Origin: Styela clava
Lineage: Eukaryota
Length of the DNA: 64,000 nt
Assembly (NCBI RefSeq): GCF_964204865.1
Contig: NC_135250.1
Span: forward strand, 248,001 to 312,000
Reading direction: 5' to 3'
A model generated the notes under the pieces. That model made no database searches and was not told the origin of the DNA. It saw only the letters and a program-made list of their open reading frames with translations. Of this stretch, positions 50,601 through 59,600 are shown piece after piece; the stretch's first letter is position 1, and each line of letters opens with the position of its first letter. Made by a program: the position numbers and the translations under genes.

Positions 50601-53600
50601 AAATTGGTCGATCCTTACTGTTATATAAAATTAACAGATATCTCAATTTGAACACGTAACCTACTATATATTCTGTTTTTGGAGTCAGATACTTCTCTAA
50701 TTCGCTTAATTAGAAAGCAAAGACAGCAGAAGTTACATTGGTGACCCCCGACGTCGGGATTATTATGGATCGTCAACAATCGTAGTCATTTTATTCTATT
50801 AACTATTCTGTGTGATTAATCAACTGTTGACCTGGTTTGTAATATCTCCTTACAATTTTGTACCTGTTATCGATAGTAGTAATAAAATATTGTTGTTGTA
50901 ATTTTGTACCTGGTTTTACTTAAGTGTGTATAAGGTTGTATGGTATATTGATTATTGGGTAAATAAATGTCCAAATTACAAAAAATGTTTACGCGAAGCA
51001 AAGCTCGTAAATCAGAACAATCATGTGTAAATCCATATCAATTAACACATATTACGCCTGAAATACCAAAACGTCGAGATATTGAAGACGAAACAGAGTT
51101 TGGACTTGAAAATTTGAATATTTCTGAATCAAATTCAATTGAACGTGAAGATGACAATTGTAATTGGCAAAGTTCGTCCCCAAGGGAAACAAAACCTGTT
51201 GTTGATATGGAGCTTACGCAGTGCGAGGATTTGGGAGGTGATTCTGGACAGAGAATAACTTTTCAATTGCCGTCGGTTAGGAAATTTAATGACACAAACA
51301 ACCCATTTTTGACCAATAAAGATAGAGTAGAAGATTCCGGACCGAATTACGGCATAAATTCCAGAATCTCTCAGATAACTGAACCTAGAACAATATTGTA
51401 TGAAAAGCATAGAATTCCCACGAGACCACTTTGGGAAAATTCGGTGAAAAATTGGATCTTTTTAACGGAAAACGAATTCGCTGAAAATCAAATAGTCAGC
51501 GATTCGCAAAAGAAAAACTATATACTAAGGTGTTTAAATTCTCCACAACTGGATCTTGTCAGGGCAAGGAAGCCGCTCGATGAACATAATAATAATTATG
51601 AAAAACTGAAACAAATTTTGGATGGACAATGGACGAAATAGAGACGCGCGAAGCAAAAACAGCGGTCGTCAAGGACAACGACGCAGCGAAGCGTATAACG
51701 TCATCCGAACCACAGACGCACGAAACCGGTGCAGCGAATAAATCAGTCGACGCAATGACGCACGTAACGTCAGCCGACGCAAGCAGACAGCAGACGCAAG
51801 GAACCGGTGAAGCGTGTAAAACCGTTGACGCGATGTCTGACATAACGCCATCTGAGCAACGTAACCGCGGAACTGATAATACGTGTGGAGTAGAGAATAA
51901 ATCTGTGATAGAAAATGGAAATGTTCTAGAAAATAAAACTGTAAATATTATTTATCAACAACAAGATGCCATTCCTTTAACGGAAATAGCTAAAGAGCAA
52001 GAAAACTGTAAAGAAATACAAAGTTTAAAAGCAAACTCTGGCCATTCACTCAAGCTTGCAGAAATAGCCATAGACAACATGGGTGGAGTTATTCTATGTG
52101 ACGTATCCTTGGAACATAAGAAAGCTAGACCTATAATACCCAAGATTTTACGTAGGAGAATTTTCGACAAAATACATGACCTTTGTCATCCAGGTATTAA
52201 AAGCACCAATAATTTAATTTCAGAACGTTACGTATGGCCACAAATGCATGCAGATATTACAAATTATGTGAAATCTTGTTTGAAATGTCAGAAAAACAGG
52301 ATCTTTAGACACACTGTATCCCAACTGTCATCTATTCCTATTCCTAATGAAAGATTTTCAGAGGTTCAAATAGATATTGTTGGACCATTTGTACCAAGCA
52401 AAGGTTTTACTTATATTTTTACTATGATTGACCGTACCACACGTTGGATAGAGGCGATCCCGATATGTGATCTGACCGCCTCAACTCTTATAGATACATT
52501 TTTATTGCATTGGGTTGCCAGATTTGGGTGTCCAACTCTCCTTAAGAGTGACAATTACTCCTCTTTCAGAAGTAAAAATTGGGCTCAATTTATGAATTTT
52601 TTAGGAATAAAACATAAATTTTCATTGCCATATATGCCGCAGGGAAACGGACAAATAGAACGATTTCATAGAAAATTGAAACTTGGTTTGAAGTGTCAGG
52701 AAAACCCTAGTGAATGGTCATCAAACTTGGGATACGTCCTTTTAGGTTTGAGGTCCATTCCGAAATTAAACGGATTTTCATTGTCCGAACTTGCATATGG
52801 GAGAACACTGAGACTCCCTGGAGAATTAGTGGAAAGTTCTGACATAACCCAAGATTTTGACCCTTACAGTTATGTTTCTAAATTAAAACGTTTTTTTGGA
52901 AATTTTAAAGCTCTTCCAACAAGAAAGAAATTAAGGTCTAATGTATATATTCCACCAAAGTTGTTCACTTGTAGTCATGTGTTTCAACGAATAGATCACG
53001 TAAAAAAGTCTTTGCAACCCAACTATCAGGGGCCATATGAAGTGATATTTCGAAATAAGACTGCTTTCACTATAAAAAAAAATAAGGGTATAGAACGAGT
53101 TTCTATTAACCAATTAAAACCTGCTGAAATTACTATTTTTGAAACAGATAAGGAAGAACGTCCTGAACAAAAACATGGCGTGGAAAACCAAAATTTTCTC
53201 ACTGAAATTGAAAAACCACCAATAAAAACAGTAATTACTCCCAAGAATAACAATGAATCTTTTATTTCAGAATTCACGAGTCCAACGACAAAGGACATCC
53301 TATGGAAGAAGGAGAACCAGCCCAAGACCAGATACGGCCGGACAGTACGTCCGCCAGACCGGTATGGACAGGCAGAGACGGAAGTCTAGAGGAAAAGGAA
53401 GAGGAAAATTCGGACAATGACGAAATAACCCGGACCGACAAATCCGATAGAGAAATCATTTATTTGAAACGTGGCAGGATGGTGGGACAAGAATTTTATC
53501 AAGAATTCAGGTATTTATCCATTATACTATTACTTCTAGTTTTTATGCAATTACCATGGCTATGTTTTGGAAATCCAGAGGTTCATGGCTATATCTGCCA

Positions 53601-56600
53601 AAATGACAAAATCAATCAAGAGTACGACATATCGGATGATAAGTCTTGCAAACAGCACAAATCCGAACATATAGTGAAATGTCAAGCTAAAGTCTATCAC
53701 GCACCTAAATTGCATACTAAAATTCCAATTAGAGCTTGCCAAACTAGTATAACTGAATGGAAAAGTCACTTTTATTTCTTTGGAGCTAAGACTCACTTTA
53801 CTAAAATAAAATCAGGAGTACCTTCGTCCGAACAAAATTGCAGAAACTGGTTTAAGACTCACGAATCGAATCAATTCGGTAAGTTTGTTCAGAAAACCAA
53901 TGATCTATCAACTATAAATGGCCTACAACTGATTTCGGAACAACTGAAAATATTGCCCTAATAACATCCTATGTAATGTATGACCATCTAAACTCAAAAA
54001 TTATTTTTCCTCTAGCTGACAGCGCAAATTGCTCTGTAAATCAATCCTCCTGCCAAATTGGTAGTTATACACTTTTATTTGACGATGCAAAATTCGAAAA
54101 ATGTCCAAACAAAGCGGAGGAAATAAACTCTTCGCTAACTGCACATGTAAACAACACTAATTACATATATGCTGTAGAACTAAACGATTTACATATGACC
54201 TTTCATTCCTTTTCAGTGTGTAACGAATTAACGACTGATTGCTTTGGCAGTATTTTCTGCCTTGAAAACGAACTTTTGGTTCAAGTCAAGAATTGTAGTT
54301 TATTAAAGAAAGTCAACGTGTTACGTGAGTTTGCTGATCACGCAGACATTTCGACGGCATTAACGTTGATGATACAAAATGTCGCAGACTCACAAACCGC
54401 TCTGTCCGCGAAATTACAGAGCCAAATCTTTAAATTGGAATGTGAGACCGAACGAATATTATCTAAAATTTATAGAGTTTTAGCGAAAACGTACCCGTCG
54501 GATGTGTTGAACGAAATTTTGGGAACAAATAATCTCTTTGCGGTTAACAGAGGCGACGTGCTGGGCACCCTTTTGTGTCAACCCATAAAAGCGAGTCTCT
54601 TAAATAGTCTAATATTACCTAACGAGTTATATTCTACTCGTCCCTTAGTTAACTATACTGATAACACTAACACTACAGTTATCGCCCAATACTTGTCTTC
54701 GGGAAGAATTCTTCCAGGTATAAACTTTTATAGTACCGAACCACAGGAGTTCGTTACCTTTAAAATGAATAACATTTATTATAGCTATCAAAAGGGAATT
54801 CTACAAAACAAAACCACAAACCCAAAGAAAATTCACCCTTACCTAACAACTAAGAAAATAAATCCTTACAATACAAATTATCTTACTTCATTGTCAAAAT
54901 TTTTCAAGAACGACGTACCGCGTTCTAACGACATAGATTCAATGCTAATGTCCATAAGCCAGAATTCCATATTTACTAAAAGTCTAATTGACTATGCCAA
55001 TTCTTTTAATGACGAACAGGAAACAACTAGTGCTAATCCTGCACTTCCCCTGAAAATACTAGCTAAACATATTAAAAAAATATTGATATCTTTTCTTAGT
55101 GGAATAGGCAATAAATTCCTTGCCATTGTAATACTGATCGGGCTAATTCTGTCTATTATTTTTGCTTACGGCAGGACTGTAACTTTGGCTGGAAGTGGAA
55201 TCCGAAGTTCTGTCGGGAGAAGAATAAGGGATAGAATTTTTGGGGGGCGTCCCTCTCCTCCCGACAGACGTACAAGCACTCCGAGAGAACAGGAAGGCCC
55301 CAGATATCGACGTACCCGCTTCCGTGAACCGAACGGAAATCATTCCAGACGTACGCATGTCCACCACCAACCGAGAGTCACGCGTACCCCAGTAAGGGAT
55401 AGATGGGACCGTCTCTGGTCGTCCCGTGGCGGAGCCAGAAGCCGAACCCCCATCGGCCAATCATCCACAGCTCGTCCTATGGCACCGATGCAAAGAGCTC
55501 CCCCAGCAAACGAGAGGGCCAATGCTATGCAACACCTCAGAAGCAATGGTGGAAATGTCGAGGTCATAAATCTCGTGTCGGATAGCGGAAGCGAATAAAT
55601 AAAAATTTATAGCGCTCGCGGCGATAAACAAAACTTATGACCTGATAAAAGACAATGACAGGTTACATAATCAAGAAATTATAATCAAGAAAATAAATAC
55701 CTTTTTTTAACATTTTTTTTTTTTGATCCAAAGGCTCACAAGTTTTTTAAGCCTTATTTTTTTTCCCTCAATCATTTTTTTCAACCAATGATTCCCCAAA
55801 TGGAGTACTCCAATCATTTTTTTGTTTTCTCCACCAAGTTTTATCTCCAAATAAAGTGCACAAAGTTTTCACAAAAGTTATCTTAATTCTTTCCGCAGTT
55901 TATTGAATTTATGAGATTAATAGGAAATATCACGGTACCGATGTCTCAAAATTAATTTTATTGTTGCATTCTTTTATTGGTTTTACAACGCTCGTCTATT
56001 TGTTGTATTTTTCAAATTTCATGACAAATTATTGTGTTTTACATCTAAATCTTTCCCCCCCCCCCCATTTTTATTGCAAATGGTACAGACAATTAAATGT
56101 AGAATGAGTAGTAACAATACTAGTTGCAATCACTGAAACGTAAAGACCTACCTAGTTGCAATCACTGAAACGTAACGACCTACCAAAAAGCCTTATGTTT
56201 AATAAGGTTTAACACTGATAACGTAAAGACCTACAATACAGTCATATTGTAAGATTTTTTTGTTTTTGGGAATCAATAAACCATCTTTTCTTCATTTTTT
56301 AAAGTCATTATCGCCTAATTTATCTAATAGTAAATCGTACATTAAACAAGTGCTCACAATTTTGAAAGTCGTGTAGGTGAGAAGAAGGTATAATAATACC
56401 ATTACTGTTTCACTGAATTGCACAATTCAAATGCCTTTCACAATACAAATGTCTCATCCTTATATTTTGAAAAGACCCCAAGTCAGAATCATAATAAATG
56501 GGGCTACAATGAGTTCTTAAGTTGTATGTTTTTAATTCTTGCATGTATAATTAGTGCTCAAATTTCATGTTTTTCTTCTTGTATATAAATCTTTCAATTG

Positions 56601-59600
56601 CCATTTTAAATAACCAAAATTAAGGAATTTGTCTTGTCGTTTCTGAGTCTTATGTCTTATTGATTAATTACACTCGACCATTTTTTCTTGCTCTTCGTAG
56701 TGGATGTTTTGCTCTTCATCCGACAGTTTTCGAACAAATTACTTTGACATTTCAAATTGCCATCTTCAAAAGTTACGAGATTTGATTACTGTCATGATAA
56801 TTTCGATTTCATCCTTATATTTCTACAATTATCGGTTAATTTTTAATATGTGCTTTTAAAATATTTCACTTGTGGTGCCAGGAATGTGTAACAAATTAAC
56901 CAATAATTTGGATAATGGAAGTCAAATTCTATATAATAATTGACGTAATCGAAATATTGAAGAGATCTTTCTAGTCTTTCTCGTGTATGAGAAAATGGAT
57001 ATTTTCCCATGTCGGGTGACCCATAAACAACCGAAATATTGAAGAGATCTTTCTAGATCATTCGAAATATTGTGTCTAGATCTTTCTCGTGTATGTGGAA
57101 AATGGATATTTCCCATGTCAGGTAACCTATAAACAAGTGTAATTATTGTAAGAAGGGTACCGAACATTCTAGATATGAGCAAAAATTGCTCCGTGGGAAA
57201 CGAGATTTTTGGATAATAAAGAAAGGTACCGTTTTTGGCGAGCGAGATGAAAAAGATGTTACCGTTTAAATAGACATTTGATCGTGGTTTTCACGGCTTT
57301 TTCTATTTCAATTCGTTCGATACAACAATGCTAATTCATCACCGACTTGGTTTTCACGGCTTTTCTGTTTCAATTCGTTCTATACAACAATGCTGATTCA
57401 TCACCGACTTGGTTTTCACGATTGTGAGTGTGTTTTATTGTAAGTAAATTTATTGTGATAATTATCCGTGGAAATAAAAATCTTTACAGGCAAATTGGTC
57501 AGATCCTTACTGTTATATAAAATTAACAGATATCTCAATTTGAACACGTAACCTACTATATATTCTGTTTTTGGAGTCAGATACTTATCTAATTCGCTTA
57601 ATTAGAAAGCAAAGACAGCAGAAGTTACAGATTCAACCTGAATTCAGGTTGTGTACCAGGTTAGGGTTCAGGTTATGCGACATCTTGGTGCGCATACTTC
57701 AGGAGTACCGGATTGTGGATGAATTATAGGATTTTCATATTTACCACAGGAAGGAGTCCGGTGAGACGGCCTGGTCATATGACAAATCCCAGTAACAAAT
57801 TCATTCAATACAACATGTAACAAATCCATGTAAGGCAGGGTTTCCCAAACTGGTGTCCGCGGACCCCCTGTGCTGTCATTACAGACTGCTCCCTTGTGGT
57901 AAATAGGAAAAATCTATTCGTTGGTTGGTGGTGACAATGCTGCCTCACACATGTACGGTAGATCATTTCCCAAATGGCTTGACCAGTGCTTTGGAACCGA
58001 AGAAAACTCACAACCGACTCTCGACTTTGAGCAGAAAATACCGAGTGGTATCAAATTCCTATTTCAGTTCTGAACTCCAATCCAGAATCTCGACTCAATG
58101 AAGTTTGGATACATTTGGCTTTTTCTCATCGTTGTAGCGCTGTCTCTGTTCGACTTGTGCCGAGTATTTTTGCACACTTTGCATTATATTTATGACGTCA
58201 TCAATTACGTATGTGTCATCTCAATTAACTTATACATTTTATTTCAGTATAAGAATTTACTAATTACAGTATTTTATTTCTCACGCATTATAACTATGAC
58301 GTCATCAATTACGTTTACGTCATCTCAATGAACTTACCAACCACAATGCATGGGCTGCAGCTTTCGTTTCCCCAGGCGGCACCACCAAATGAGTTACAAC
58401 AATCCTCGCCCGTCGTTATTCTGAAGTTATCTGAGCAAGTATCGTTCTCGTATGATTTCCAACATTTTTGCAACAGGGCTAAAATATAATTGAAAAGTTA
58501 TCGTAAGTAATATGACTATCCCTGAAGAAAGCCCTCCTTTGTTTCAGAATATTGTGTATTTAAATTGGGTTTTGTAGTAACTATTCATTTTCGTAAGAAC
58601 CGATTCGAATAATGTTTGATTCGATTTCTCAGCCCTATTCCCGACTCGTGAATCGATGCTCAGCAGTGTATGACATTTTCTCATATATGCAGGGTGTCCA
58701 TAAAAGCTTGACACATAATATAATTAGAAAGGTTTAGTTATGTAAACTAATATTATTTTCACTATTTAAATATTATAAATATTATTATTAATTTGTTTTA
58801 TTATTAATATTTCTAAATTCCATTTTTGTTATTATTTTAACTTTCTCGCAACCGGGAATTTGCTGAGGTCATGTAAAGATCATCAGTTGATAGAAAGTAC
58901 TTTACATAGGACTTACATGGACTGTATCAGGAAGACGTTTTTTGGTACTCTGGTAGTTTGTAAACCAAGATGGCGGATACCGAACGTAGTATGTGTACCA
59001 GGTTAGTGTTCGGTCATTGTTTTATTCCAGTTTTTCTTATTTTAGTTCTATTACGAGTTCGGGGACTGTCTGTGTTAGCCAAGTGACTCCGATGGTATTT
59101 GTACCTGAAATTATGGCCTAACCTGGTACACATACTACGTTCCGGTGTCCGCCATCTTGGTTCACATACTGCGGTAGTGCCCGTTTTTTGGTGACGTTCT
59201 GCATTAATTTTTTCTGAAATATTTTAGACATATTTTCCAAATTACTTCATGATTAGGTCCCAGCCTCCACATATATTGTTGAAGTTTTAAGTTTCTACCT
59301 TATCGAGTACATAAGGTTAGTTACTGTATGTTTCAATATTCTTCACCACGTATTGTTAATAGTGTATGTTATTTGCCTGGACAAAGGTCGATGCTCCAAT
59401 TCGTTTCCTTTATAATATTTTTCTCTCACCAAATATTACTCGTATTTATTGTTCTTTGTTTTGAGTGTATTTCGTTATCTTTTATTTGAATCAATTCGAT
59501 TGTGCAACTTAACAATATACGAACATCGGGCATTGCAATACATTGCGTTCTTATTGACTTCTGAAAGGGTCAGTTGGGGTTTTACTCCGCCAACGTGTGT

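Larger units (their letters stand above)
49996..57629 (+). mobile_element. Ty3/Gypsy LTR retrotransposon (CsRn1/Kabuki-like) with env-like gene; internally deleted, non-autonomous
   Basis: LTRs 49996-50737 and 56887-57629 with TGTAAC...GTTACA ends; 4-bp TSD GATT at 49992-49995 and 57630-57633; tRNA-Trp-type PBS; gag-like, integrase and env-like ORFs; antisense within a host intron. Confidence 0.96.
46812..58640 (-). repeat. Tandem duplication of a ~2.4-kb three-exon module (copy 1 ~46812-49012; copy 2 ~49210-58640, interrupted by the LTR element)
   Basis: Exon pairs of 231, 135 and 141 nt are near-identical, and the introns are too; offset 2397 bp for the 231- and 135-nt exons. Confidence 0.92.

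Noticed and set aside
53880-53976. Programmed ribosomal frameshift in env
   Set aside because: No X XXY YYZ slippery heptamer in the overlap; a disabling indel or assembly error is more likely.
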